A stretch of 64,000 bases of DNA from the human T2T-CHM13v2.0 reference genome, Homo sapiens. The notes under the pieces were generated by a model. It had not been told where the DNA came from and made no database searches. It was given only the letters and a program-made list of their open reading frames with translations. The stretch lies in the NCBI RefSeq assembly GCF_009914755.1, contig NC_060927.1. One strand, given 5' to 3'. Positions 51,746 to 64,000 of the stretch are shown piece after piece; the stretch's first letter is position 1, and every line of letters begins with the position of its first letter. Both the position numbers and the translations under genes were made by a program.

Positions 51746-54607
51746 TCCTCATAATCACTATAAATATGTTAAAGATTGAAGACAAAGGCCAAAATTGGGC
51801 ACAGCTATTAGCCTCAGAACATTTCATTGTTGTAGGTGTGTGTGGATTCCTGGGAAACCAGCCAAAATGTGGAAACTTATTCAAAGGTTGGATTTATTCC
51901 ATTTATTCATTCAATATAAATTGAAATGTCGGGTTACATACAGCACTCTGCTAGGCTGTGTGGGGGTGACAATGGGGGGCACCAAGAATATTACCCATCC
52001 TTGAGTTGTCATGGTGTATAGCCCAGGACAGTCTGTGATTGGGTGAGTTGGGAGGTTGCAGCAATAGTCTGTCAATACTGAAGATTTTGACTAACGGCAT
52101 GACCTACTTGATGATGGATGTCAGACTCAGAGTCCCTTCATAATTATCTGATTAGTGGCAATAACTCACTATATCACCTTTTTCTACATTCTTGTCCATT
52201 ATTTATTTTAAGCTCCTAAAGTACAGATATGTCATCTTAACTTTACTTAAACAGTGGTAGAGTTGTTATGTTTTTTGAAAAATTCCTGTGGATGCTGGTA
52301 AAGATTAACAAGTGTCAGATAATGCTTGAAGAGCACTATTAATATCTCTTTCCAACAGTGTTTTTCCATCCTGAGTTTTGGACTAGCAATGTACTGCCCA
52401 GGACAAATAAGGTAGGCTTTTGAACAAACATCCCAACTCAGGGTCACAAATCTGCAAGAGCTAGGAGAGTTCTTCGCTGTGGGGAATCACACTGGCTGCT
52501 TGCCTCCATGCTTTGGGAGCAGTATAGCATAATACTGTTGGCAAGAGCGTTTTGAAGCCTTCTGGAAAACATGAGTGAAAATCGCAGCCTTGTGCTAACA
52601 GGTCAACAAATTTAATCCAAGCCAGACATAAAATGACAGAAGCTCCGCTGATTATCAAGGTCCCTGGCACACCCTAGTGTCCATCTCAAAGTCAACAGCT
52701 CTACCTAGCTCTCTGATTTCAAGAGGGGAGTTGGGTTAGAAACCACTATTATTCCCCATCTGGTTTACGAGAGACAGAAATGAGATGACTAGAGACAGAA
52801 AATGTGCTGTCCAGGTTATATCTCATTTATGAAGAGATTTAACCTAGTTTTTAAGTATGTAAAATGAAAAAAAATAAATTCATTTGAACTTTAATGCATA
52901 GAATATTTGATAAGTGAGGAAGAAACCAATGAATTAGAGACTGCATATTGCCCTCTGATATCAACAATTCTAACTAGAGTTACTGCAGGGATTAGACTAC
53001 GCTACAGCTCATGTTAAGTTTTTGGCAGATGGAGGATTTGGAGGTGTCAGTAAAGCCCAATGTAATTAGAAAATAATTTCTGAAATTTGAAGCAGCAATG
53101 GTTATTAATTGAGTCAAATGCTAATTTCCCTTATAAAGTTCCAGGGGAGGTACATGAGGGCAGTTTTATTTGCTAGACCTTTTTATTTACCTTCTAACAG
53201 ATAATATAGGGTAAAGGAAGGTGGCTTGGAAGAAAATGTCCAAACGAGTTTTACATTTAATGAAAAAAAATGACACACAAGAAAATCCAGGCATGAGGCA
53301 GTTGATTTCTCTGTTGGGATGTATTTCAGGAAAAGATGGCAGTGTGCCTTCCCCATCAGGACTTGGTAATCATTCCACTATTCATGAACAGATGCCTTGG
53401 TCAGATCCCCAAGTGTAAGTGAATTCATTAAAAGATCTAGGGAATTGAGGTATTAATTCTAAATTATTACATATTATAGATTTTCTGGAAACAAGTAGGG
53501 GGACATGGCAAGGAGAGGAAATAGTAGAGATTATATCTAACTCTTGGCCAGAAGTTGGTCTCATGAGATCACCAAAAGAGCACTTTTTAGCATAAGTTTT
53601 AAACTCTTTTTAAAAAGGATTTAAGCAGTTATTGTCACAGTGTAGAAGGTTGATATAAGGCAAAGTAGAATCATGAATGTTGCATACCATATATGGAAAC
53701 CCTAGAAATAATCTATTGGATGGAAGAGAGTGCACAAATCATTTTCTTCTTTGTATACTTTATAAAAGAACTCTTCTGATATCATTTTTTATGAAGGAGA
53801 CTCTGTCCTGTAGAATGCCTGCAATGATGGTGTTTGTAATAGTAAGTAGTTCTCTAAATATATTGTGGCATATTTTTGAAATTTAGGCTTAGTTGCTCTC
53901 TTTCCAGATTTTTATTTTTTCACTCAGACAATTTGGCACTGGTTGATGTGTGGGTGGATATATTTTCTCACCTGCACAATTAACTTGAAGTTATTTTTGG
54001 AATCGTTTTCATTTTCAGCTATTATGATTATACCATACTTGGGGAAAATGCTGTTGAATTTGAGTTAAGATATTCTGAATACCTAAGGGCAAAATGTAAC
54101 AATCAGGTCACACAGAGAACTTCAAAATAGCAATTGAAATTGTTTTATCAAGGATTAAGTTTTTGATTACACAATTCTTATGGATATATTCTTATGGATA
54201 GTTCCATCATAACACTCCTACAGGGGCTGTATTAAATGTTCTACCTACCTCTCAAATGATTTAATGTCATCACAAATAGGAGTTACTTGAATTGCCTACA
54301 TGAAATTTTACTGTAGAACATGATTGAAATGGATTATAAAATATACCTTATTTCTATAATAAAATCCTGGCTTAACCATTGCTACTTTTGAGCCTATTTT
54401 TTTTGGTTTGTTTTGGTTTTGTTTGTTTGTTAATCTCTCACCCCCTGCACTGCTGAAACAATGATGTGATGAACGCTTTTTTGACACGTTGGTCAACAAA
54501 CAGGAAATATCGTTCTTAGTGGTTGTGCAAACCATTTGAGGAGAAGTTTAAGACTCTGAGAAGATGCATAATATAGGCATCTGCCTGTTCACATTTTTGT
54601 GGTAAAG

Positions 54608-54827
54608 CAGGATTGAGCAAACTGTAACCTGTAGGCCAAATCCAGCCCATCATTTGTTTTTGTAAATAACTTTTAATTAGAACATAGGCTCCTTGGTCTA
54701 TGTATTATCTATGTCTGCTTTTACACAAAAATAATAAAGTCGAGTGATTTTCACATAGATCATTTGGGCTTTGAAGCCTAAAATATTTTCTATTTGGTTC
54801 TTTACAAAAAAGTTTTCCAACCCTTCT
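54608..54827 (+). mobile_element. MER58A hAT-Charlie element
   Basis: gcaaactgtaacctgtaggccaaatccagccca...tgtttttgtaaataa...aagcctaaaatattt...ctttacaaaaaagttttccaaccc. Confidence 0.82.
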
Positions 54828-54929
54828 CTAAAAAAAACAGTTGTTTGTATGTTTCTTTTTATTTTGTTCCTGAATTTTCTTTTTTAAGAAAAACTGTGAT
54901 AAATGCTATAGATTCACTATAATCCAAAA

Positions 54930-55240
54930 GATAATCCAACCCTCTTGTCCATTGCTATTTCTACAATATAGTCTGCAAAAATCTACATGCTCACTTCTCA
55001 ATTTCCTTTTTAGTTAAGGACAGCCATATGACTCAGTTCCAGCCTTTGCTATATGAATGAAAGATGGCTGTGGAATTATGGGAAACAGCCAGGGTAACAT
55101 CATCCCGTGCTTATTTTCTTGCCTTGAATGTGAACATGATGCCTTTAGTTGGGGGACAGCTACCTTGAATCATGTAGGAATGCCTGAGGAAATAGCAGAG
55201 ATATCAGTGCTAATATCTTTGATTTTTGTTAATTGCAGTC
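54930..55240. mobile_element. Ancient ERVL LTR fragment (LTR16/LTR33-like)
   Basis: gccatatgactcagttccagcc; tgccttgaatgtgaacatgatgcct...cagctaccttgaatcatg. Confidence 0.45.
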
Positions 55241-55246
55241 ATAAGT

Positions 55247-55692
55247 TTCTATGGTTTGGATGTGGTTTGTCCCCACCAAAACCCATGTTGAAATTTGATC
55301 CCTAATGTGGCAGTGTTGGGAGGTTGGGTCTAGTGGGAGGTGTTTGGATCATGGGGGCAAATCTCTCATCAATAGGTTAATGCCATCCCTTGGGGTGAGG
55401 GAGTTCTCACTCTCAAGGGAGTGAATTAGTTCCTGAGAGAGCAGGTTGTTAAAAAGAATCTGGCTTCCTCAGTTTCTCTCTTGCTTCCTCTCTTGCCGTG
55501 GGACCTCTTTGCACATACCCATTCCCTTTCTGTTTCTTCCATGAGTTGAAGCAGCACGAGGTCCTCACCAGATGCAGCTGCCCAACCTTGAACTTTCCAG
55601 CCACCAGAATTGTTAGCAAAATGAACCTCTTTCCTTTATAAACTACCCAGTCTCAGGTATTCTGTTATAGCAAAAGTAAACGGACTAAAACA
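55247..55692 (+). mobile_element. MSTB-type MaLR solo LTR
   Basis: ctatggtttggatgtggtttgtcccc...aactacccagtctcaggtattctgttatagca...acggactaaaaca. Confidence 0.9.
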
Positions 55693-55949
55693 TACGCCTG
55701 TGTAGTATAAAATGGTAACTTGAAATCTTATAAATCTCAAATTTTTCTTGGCAAGGAAGAAGATGGGGAGGGAGAGTTGCCAAAAACTCAGTTTAAAATA
55801 AAAATAGATGGTCTGAATATTCTATATAAACATGTTGTGCTAAATTATGACTATTCTCTCTAAATGGGACATAGTTCTCTTGATCTTCTCCTAACCTCTT
55901 TATCTTCATTAATCTGTTTAATATCCATTTATTTTTGAGGTCTATGCTC

Positions 55950-56120
55950 TAGTCTGTAAAGATGGCTGACAACAATTTCTTCCCTCCCTGTTTACTCACA
56001 GGGTGTTGTCTATTTGCCCTCCACTTGTATACAGGCTGGCCTTTGTGACTTGCTTTGTACAGCTGATGTGACATCTTGAGACATCTGAGGTCAAGGCCTT
56101 AAGAAGACTGGTCGTTTTTT
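55950..56120 (+). mobile_element. MLT1 (G/H-like) LTR fragment
   Basis: aaagatggctg...ggctggcctttgtgacttgcttt...ggccttaagaagactgg. Confidence 0.55.
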
Positions 56121-56124
56121 CTGG

Positions 56125-56480
56125 ATGCTAAGAGAAGAAAGTGATTCAAGGAGGAGGGTGTAATCAACTTCATCAAGTGCTGCTGACAAGTCAAGTAGGA
56201 TGAGGACCAGGAAGTGGTCATTGGAAATACCAGTGTGGATGTCATTTGCGATTTGGTAGATAGTAATCCGAGTGGAGCATTTGGAGCAAAATCCTGGTTT
56301 AAGTAGATTTAAGAAGAAATTGGAAGAAAGAAATTGGAGACAATGAGTACAAATAACTCTTTCTTCTCTTGCTAGAAATCCAAGAGCAACAGAGCAATGA
56401 CTGAAGGAAGGTGCTGATAAATCACAAGAGCATTTTTTTTCAAGGTGGTAGAAATAACATCAGCTTATCTAAATGCTGTA
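56125..56480 (-). mobile_element. L2 fragment
   Basis: tcaaggaggagggtgtaatcaact...gtcaagtaggatgaggacc...aaattggagacaatgagtac. Confidence 0.7.
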
Positions 56481-56779
56481 ATACACTTCTGAACCTTAAC
56501 CTATAATTTAAAGACAGTACAGACTTGTTGCAAAAACACGATTTCTAAAAGCAAGGTTAATCCTTACCACATAATATCTTGGCAAAAATTATCTTCCTTG
56601 TGTTTCAATTTCATCATTTGTAATATGAATTAAAATAACCACTTTACAGAGGAGTTGGCCTGGTAAAATTTTTTTATTTAAGGTTCTAAGTTTGATAGTT
56701 CTCATTGTTCCATATTCTTTCATTTGCAACTTGGTAGAAAATATCAAAATTGATTCCAAGCAATAATGATTTTGATAAA

Positions 56780-57194
56780 TGTATTAGGCCATTCTTGCAT
56801 TGCTGTAAAGAAAATACCTGAGACTGGATAATTTATGAAAAGAGAGGTTTAATTGGCTCATGGTTCTGCAGGCTGTCCAGGAAGCATAGCAGCATCTGGT
56901 TTTGGGGAGGCCTCAAGAAGCTTCCAATCATGGCAGAAGGCAAAGGAGGAGCAGGCACATCACATGGCAAAAGCAGGAGCAAGAGAGAAAGAGGATGGGG
57001 GAGGATTACCACACATTTAAATGACCAGATCTTGTGAGAACTCATTCAGTATCACAAAGGCAGCACTATGCCATGAGGGATCCATCCCCATGACCCACAT
57101 ACCTCCCCACCAGTCCCCACCTCCATCACCTCCACCATCAGGGCTTAGGATTCAACATGAGATTTTGGCAGGGACATATATCCAAACTATGTCA
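56780..57194 (-). mobile_element. MSTA MaLR solo LTR
   Basis: tgtattaggccattcttgcattgct...caacatgagattttggcagggacatatatccaaactatgtca; perfect 5-bp TSD ataaa at 56775-56779 and 57195-57199. Confidence 0.93.
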
Positions 57195-58614
57195 ATAAAT
57201 ACAATTTTTTTCACAGAAAATAGTAAGGTATAAAATTTAAAAATAAATCTTTAGTCTTGTAACTTTCCAAAACATTGGAGGGATGTATAAGTTAAAAAGT
57301 GAAAGAGGGTGTATGTGTAGGAGATTAAAACATTATAAACAAAAATTTGTAAGTGTTTGTTGCCTATTATATTCCAGCCAGATATTTTGTTGACAAATTC
57401 ATGTTAAGTTGACCCTATTGTGTCATTAGAATTTATGAAAAATATGTTACCACATTTCATCATGGCCAGACCATATGTTGGGAAGAGTGACTAGTGGTAA
57501 TTTACAGAGAAAAGACAAAGAACTGTGGCATCAGAATCCCTTCACCTTCGCAGCTGAGACTATATGCCCTAGGAATTACATATGTTTATGCTGTTGCTAT
57601 TTTGCTTAAGATCATCTCTGAAAACTAGTTTAGAAAAGCAAATCTCTGTTGCTCTTATGACAAAAATGTAGATGTGAAGTGTAATGCAGGAATGGATAAA
57701 TGAGTAGAATATTTTGGACTTAAAAGGCTCAAATGATTGGAGTAAATATTTATAATCATTTTGATGCAGTCTTTACAATCATGCCCTTTATGGCATAATA
57801 TTTGGTTGTATTTTGTATACAATTTCAGGTTCATTTCATGTTGGCACCTATTTTCTGGGTTCTCAAGGGTACAACATGTGTTTTAGCCAGGTGCCAGTAA
57901 TATTTTTATATGGTCTCTTTCTCGGTACTTGTAGGAAAATTATTCTTGTAATTGGAAGGCAGAAATAGTCTGTAGTCCAATTATATGTGCATAATTGTTT
58001 GTGTTCACTATAACCAATGTTTGATTGTCAGTAGTATAGAGGGCAATGTCTTGGTTTCTTCCTATTTTAATAATTAATTACATTTCCTTCTATGAAAGGG
58101 AGGTGGGAATAAAGCTTCATGTTTTTGTCAGACTCATTTGTTTCAATCTCCTGGTGTTAAACAAAATGCATCTGTTGAAAAAGAATGGGAATTTAGTTAT
58201 ACAGTTAAACTTGCTCTTTATTTTCATTATATGAAGGCAAACTTACTGACGCATCATGGCAATATCTATAGTAGGAATTTGATGAATTTTGTATAAAATA
58301 AAGATGTCTTCTCACTTCTGAATAGATTCATGCAACAATATTTACAAGATTTGTTGCTTGACCCTTATTAAATGCCAAATACTCACATGTTATGTCACGA
58401 GAACTCTACTATCTGTTTTTATGGTGAGACAAGCCCATCTGCTCACAAATGGCCGCCTTCCTGTGTCCAACAATAGAAGGGGATGGGTACCCCGCCTAGC
58501 CCTAGACTAATTGGAAATTGATATAATTTTGTTCTTTGACCTTCTTTTTTCTTTTCGAAAACTTAAACAGGTCTGAAAACCATTTAAGTAACATAGTCCA
58601 TAACTGTTCATAGT

Positions 58615-58850
58615 AATCATAATAATGATTCTGATTTTTAGATATTTACTCTGTGACAAACACTGCACAAAGTTTTTACATGATTTATTTCATTCACATC
58701 TCACCACCCATCCCCCAGGAAGTAAGCACTATTTTATCTCAATGAATTTGAGGCTCACAGAGGTTATGTAACTTGACCAGGATCACATAGGAAGTTGCAG
58801 AAGGCACAAGCCTGGCTTTACCTGACTCCAAAGCCCCTGCAAGTAAACAA
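58615..58850 (-). mobile_element. MIR
   Basis: tgaggctcacagaggttatgtaacttgaccaggatcacatag...ctgactccaaagccc. Confidence 0.75.
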
Positions 58851-59029
58851 TGTGCAGGTGGCCCCCTCTCAAGGAAAGATTCAGTAATGACAGACCTCAG
58901 GACTTTGCAGCCTCGTAGTTGATTGCTCTGCTTATTTATAAGGCTCACCCTAGGCAAGGCCTGCTTTAGAAGATAGTGGTTCTGTCTCCACCACTAGCCC
59001 CACAGAGTCACTCTAAAGAATGTTTGCAG

Positions 59030-59240
59030 TAAGGCTGAAGAGTTAAAATGGGGGCTCTAGCATCAGTCAGGCTTCTGTGCGAATTCAGCCTCTACCATCG
59101 ACTTTGCGACCCCGACTAAAAGACTTAATTCTGGCATCCCCATCTATAAAGTAGAAATAATGACAATATTGACCCGCCAGGGTTGTTGAAGGATGAAATG
59201 GGATAAAACTTGTGATAATTTTCACTTAGTACTTGGTACT
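59030..59240 (+). mobile_element. MIR
   Basis: ccccatctataaagtagaaataatga...agggttgttgaaggatgaaatgggataa. Confidence 0.65.
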
Positions 59241-59689
59241 ACCTTTGACTCAGGCCAGGTAATGATGTTGCCATACCAGGCAGATTAAGATTGAACAAGG
59301 AGAGTTCAACCAGCAGAAGGCACGGGCAGTAAGGGGTGGCAGAGAAAAAGAAGTTTTGGAGCCAGGCAGATTTTAATTCGCATTGCAAAGCTATTTTTGC
59401 ACATTTTGGGATCTCCAATGAATATTTTGTTCAGAAAAAGCAATTCCTATCTCTTTCTGAAGAAATATGATCAGAGCAGAAATGGAATATGGACTAATTA
59501 GAATGTTTTTGATTAAAAGCTTAAATGTCTGAATATGATCATGATGCTTTCTTCAGTAGTATGCCATTTTATGGCCTTTACTATAATATTTTGTGTAACT
59601 GTTTATGTTCACTTATTATTGGCACATGTTTTCTGCATTCTCAAAAGCTGGTACACCAGTGTTTAATTCACATCACAAAACTCAACTTG

Positions 59690-59840
59690 CAATGTTTTTG
59701 CCTTTGGGCAAGTCCGTAAAACTCTATGAGCCTCCATTTTCTCACATAAAATTGGGCTATTAATATGAGACAGTATATATAAAGTGCTTTGTACGATGCT
59801 TAACACCTCAGTTGATTTCAACAAATGGTGGTTATTTTAC
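59690..59840 (+). mobile_element. MIR fragment
   Basis: ctttgggcaagtcc...ctctatgagcctccattttctca...tatataaagtgctt. Confidence 0.6.
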
Positions 59841-59869
59841 TACTTTTCATAAAATCTCTATCACTTGTT

Positions 59870-60560
59870 TATGAATTCATTCAACGAGTGGTTTGGGTGC
59901 TCTTACATGCCATGAGCAATGCTACAGCTTGGGGAGATAATCCCTGCACTGGTAGCACTTGCTTTCTGGAGGAGGAGACAAATGAATAAACCAATAGAAT
60001 AAAAGAACTACAGAAGGTTTGTGATAAAAGCTTCTAGAAAAACAAGCTGTGAAAGAGAATTCAGTGTTCATCTCTGAAGAAATGAGACTAAGGCTGAAGT
60101 TTGAAGGATGGCAAGGAGTTGGCCAGGCAAAAAGTGTAGGAAACATCAGGTGCAAAGGTCTGGAGGTGGAAATAAACTTCACTGTTCTGTCTCCAAGCAG
60201 AGCAAACTCATAAGGCAGAGGTAGGGGCGGAGCTCAGACAGGTGGTCTGGGGCTGGCCAGAGCAGGGTTTGCTGAAGAGTTGGACTTCTTACTCTACATA
60301 CATGGAAGGATCATTTATGCATTTTACGTTGGGAAGTGGCATGATTCGATTTTTAAAAAGACGACTTTGGCAGCTATGTAGAGAATGGATGAGAGGGAGG
60401 CATGCGCACAAGTGTCAGACAAGAGGCTCTTTCCAGTGAGCCCAGGTGAAGGGTAGTAGTGCCTTGAGTTCCAGCAGTAGCAGTACAATGGACAGGAACT
60501 GTTGAGAGCTCTTTCAAGGTTAAACTAACAGGACTCCCTGCCAGATTGGCTCTGGGAGTG
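59870..60560 (-). mobile_element. L2
   Basis: attcattcaac 3' end; ctgaagtttgaaggatggcaaggagttggccaggcaaa...tgcaaaggtctggaggtgg. Confidence 0.75.
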
Positions 60561-60924
60561 GTGAAGGAGCAGCAGCCACTGAATCAACACAAAGACTCAT
60601 TTCTGATCACAGGTTTTGCTACCGATAGAAGAGATGGCTATTGATTATCGTGTGAGAGAAATGCCCGACTGAAAGTCAAGTGTGTTGGGTCAACTTGGAT
60701 GTGTGAAGAGTGGGGGTGGTTTGGTGATCTTATTTGGGTGGATCCTGGCATTTTTCTAGTATTGTCTAGGTAATAGCTCACAATTTCCCTTTGCGTGGCC
60801 TTGACATGCCATATTGGAGCCAAAAGGAAAAATGTTTGTCCCTATATGCACTTACTGACACCTCCTCCCACAGTTTGGGCCAAGCGGACAAAGTTAAGAG
60901 AAGCTCTACAATGAAAAATCATGA

Positions 60925-61150
60925 TGACACGGCAGTTACCAGGGACCGAAGAGAGGGAATAATGGAGAGTTACTCTTGAATATACACTGAGCTGCAGTTT
61001 GGGAATATGAAAAATTTCTAGACATGGATGGGTAATGGTTGTGCAGCAGTGTGCCTGTACTTATTGCCACTGAACTGTACGTTTAACAATGATTAAAATG
61101 GTAAATTGTACGTTACATATATTTCACCACAATAAATAATGCAAGAAAAA
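60925..61150 (+). mobile_element. L1MB-type 3' end
   Basis: gttaccaggga...ttctagacatggatgggtaatggttg...gccactgaactgtac...aaatggtaaatt...tttcaccacaat. Confidence 0.8.
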
Positions 61151-61329
61151 ACTATACGTAAAATCACGTCCAAACTTTTCAGACATCGACATCAATCCTT
61201 ATAAACCCACCCATCATGGGACACAAAAGCTGCTGGGGTCCAGGAACCAAGAGCTGATTGAAAAATAATGATTCTCGTTGCACAAAATGCAGCATTGTAA
61301 AACAAACAGCCAGCAACAGCCAGTCTGTA

Positions 61330-61462
61330 CTTAATATTTTGATATTTTGTTCATAATTAGTTTTTGTCCATTACTTTCTATTTTTTGAAATCATGCATTA
61401 AAATATTTTTTATCTTGAAAGCTGAGTTTGGTGCTCTCTTAAATTTTGTGCCAAAGGCACAA
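61330..61462. mobile_element. MER96B-like hAT fragment
   Basis: ttttgatattttgttcat...tgcattaaaatattttttatcttga...ctgagtttggtgc...ttaaattttgtgcc. Confidence 0.6.
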
Positions 61463-61727
61463 AATGTATTTCCAAGTATCACCTTTTTGTTTCTGGTTTG
61501 AGAACCATCCCCCAACTGCTTAGCAGCTTTGCTGTGGACCAAGCATCTCTCAGAAACATACCTTTTTTCAGGCCCACCCTGGGGAATGAGACGCCCTGGT
61601 CCCTGTTGCTTTTGAGCCTCTCTAATCCTGCCAAAGGTCTCTATTGTCCGCTCCATTCCACTCTTCTCCCCTCCTGCAGAATGCAAGTCAAGGTAGGGAG
61701 GAATAAGAACCCACTCACTGCATCTGA

Positions 61728-61791
61728 GTTCTCCTCTCCTCTCCTTCTCTCTCTCTCTCTTTTTTTTTTTTTTTTTGTGTTGTTGTTGTTG
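61728..61791. repeat. Compound (CT)n/poly(T)/(GTT)n simple repeat
   Basis: Read directly from the sequence. Confidence 0.85.
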
Positions 61792-62179
61792 CTATTGTGC
61801 ACTCCTGTGCCTCTAAACTGCCCATAAGAGATGTTTACTTCTACTCTGTGTGGCAAGAAACTGGCATTAGCCCAGTTTATGCTTTGGATTCTGTGCAGTA
61901 AAACTCCTTTATTTTTCCCATAAAGTGCCTAGTTTTTGCCTAAATTCAAAACTATTTTGTTGAAAGCACTTTGGCTTTCCGGTTATTACTCCTGCCACAG
62001 TTTTACAAAATCTACTCAGAAATCTACTTGAGGGCTTGTTGTAAACTTTTTGTGACAACCCCAACCCTGGCAAAGCAGCTACTGGTTGGGGAAGAATAAT
62101 GGGTTTAAGGAATGTGGAGTGGCAGGGACAGTCACGTAATATATCTAATATCATCATCCAACCAGGTAAGATTAAATAA

Positions 62180-62585
62180 GCTCATGGTGAAGTATAAAGT
62201 ACCCTGGGTTAGGAGTCAATGCTCTAAGTTCTAGCTGTGATTACCCCCAAGAAGGGCCAAGTGCTTCATGAAGAGATTGCATTGTCTGGTACTTAAAGGC
62301 ACGAGCTTGGAAACCAGACAACCTGGGTCTGAACCTCAGCTCATCCAGCCCTTCCTATGAGAAACTTGGTGTGAATTCATGCCTCTAAGCCAGTTTTCTC
62401 TTTTTAAAACTTCAATAATAATTATAATCCCCAGCTTACAAGGCATCTAGCTCATGAGAACACTAAGTTCATCCAAGCCCTTTTCTTCACCTTTAAAATT
62501 TGATCTCTAGCACCAAGGATTAAACATGAGGATGAAGGTCTGGGCACAGTGACTGGCATATAATAAGTGTTCAATAAATGATGAC
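62180..62585 (+). mobile_element. MIR fragments
   Basis: ccagacaacctgggtctgaacctcagctc; gcacagtgactggcatataataagtgttcaataaatg. Confidence 0.55.
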
Positions 62586-62889
62586 TCTTATTTTCTCCAT
62601 ATATGAAAGAAAAAAGAATATCTTCCATGGCTGAATTATAGTTTGTTAGAAGACTGATGCAATGTTATAAATATGAAATATTACAATATGAAATACTATT
62701 AACATACACAATAAAGGGCTAGGTCAATGTAAGGGATTCTTCTACAATGATTTTCAAATATCATTCAGTGACTAGTAATCAATTGTAAAGCACTCAAGAA
62801 ATCAAATCCTTTAATGTTCTTCAGTCATGCCTAATGTCCTGTGATTATTGCAGGGGTCCACAAGCCCTTTTGGTAATAATTCATGTGTT

Positions 62890-63150
62890 TACCCATTCAG
62901 CAAATATTTGAGGACCACACACTATGTAACATACATGATTCTGACATTGTTCTAGGGATACAGCAGTAAGTTAAAAAGCCAAAATATTTTAACTTTAGAT
63001 AAAGTAACTGTGAAATATCTATAACCAACCAAATTAAGGTTTCATGTGGGCAGCTGAATACATGATTCTAGAGTGTAGAAAGAGGGAAATCTGTCTTGGA
63101 AATGTAAATTCAGGGGAAATCAGAGAGTATATGTTACATAAGGCAAGCTA
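62890..63150 (-). mobile_element. L2 fragments
   Basis: cattcagcaaatatttgagg...cattgttctagggatacagcagt; gggcagctgaatacatgattctagag. Confidence 0.5.
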
Positions 63151-63732
63151 TAAGCCATCTTAAAATTTAATCCTAATCTTTTCCAGTTCCAAAACGCTGA
63201 TTTATTTTTTTCTTACAAGGAGCAGGAATGCAAAGACATCATCTCCAGTTATCGTGTTGGGAAGACAGTGTTGGGGAAGTGTTGGGGAAGACAGAGTTTG
63301 AGAAGGAAAGCAAAAGTCACTTAGGAGATCTCAGAAAGATAATCAAAGGAAAATTTTACTACTTGTTTATCTTTCTAAAATGTAAGTTAGTTTTCAAGTG
63401 AAAAGTACATTTTATAAACTTGGCAAATGCTTAGTGGGTCCTTTATTTGGACTGTGGATCCTTATATAAATTCAGAAAACAACAAAAAACAGTTTCAGAT
63501 TGTTATATGTACTCTTTAATAGCTAATGTAATAAAGAAGGAAACAGCAATCACCCCAAGTTCTATCACTAAAAGATCATGACTATTATAAAATTGAGATA
63601 TTTTCTCAGCTTCCTTTTCATATGTGATAGCTATCATTTTAATCAATATTTGAATATTACTATATATTAAGTTTTGAGCTCCATTCTGGGATCGCTAGTA
63701 TGTCAAAGATTCTTCATAGGTTCCTCAATCTT

Positions 63733-63927
63733 CTTCTTTTTGTTTTTTTGGGACGGGGTCTCACTTCATCACCCAGGCTGAAGTGCAGTGGCACCATCTT
63801 GGCTCACTTCAACCTCTGGCTCCCAGGCCCAGGTGATCCTTCCACTCAGTCTCCCAAGTAGCTGGGACCACAGGCACACGTCACTATGCCTGGTTAATTT
63901 TGTAATATTCTGTAGAAAAAGGATTTT
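63733..63927 (-). mobile_element. Old Alu right monomer (AluJ truncation or FRAM-like)
   Basis: gggtctcact...cccaggctgaagtgcagtggc...caagtagctgggaccacaggc; stops just past the linker, with no left monomer. Confidence 0.85.
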
Positions 63928-64000
63928 TAACATTTGGTGAATGTTTGACTAAGGGGACATACAATGTTCTGTTGAAGACTGAAGTTGTGTCCACTTTCGG

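Noticed and set aside
54175-54200. attcttatggata tandem duplication (and gtgttggggaag repeats near 63255-63290)
   Set aside because: Ordinary slippage micro-duplications; the latter has only three G-runs, so it is not a canonical G4

Overview
Primate (probably human or ape) genomic DNA that is AT-rich, CpG-depleted and dominated by repeats, so intergenic or deep-intronic. I find no protein-coding gene, RNA gene, CpG island or CRISPR array. All recognisable ORFs in the track are decayed LINE-1 ORF1/ORF2 pieces or Alu/LTR/simple-repeat artefacts. More than half of the window is transposable-element fossils: L1PA/L1MA/L1MC/L1MD/L1ME LINEs, L2, MIR, Alu, solo LTRs (MER21, LTR1, LTR16, MLT1A, MSTA, MSTB) and DNA transposons (MER3, MER20, MER53, MER58A, MER63, MER96, MER103, MER113). 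Many are nested and have readable target-site duplications (TSDs). Family names come from my recollection of consensus sequences, so subfamily calls and most boundaries are approximate. The most unusual items are: (1) an ancient L1 that keeps both ends inside one TSD but is only about 2.8 kb; (2) a telescoping minisatellite built from a perfect 22-bp palindrome and ending in a hairpin; (3) a candidate 21-nt frame-preserving microexon; (4) an inverted pair of octamer motifs; (5) a MER53 hairpin element split by an Alu. I do not see evidence for a new multi-gene biological system.
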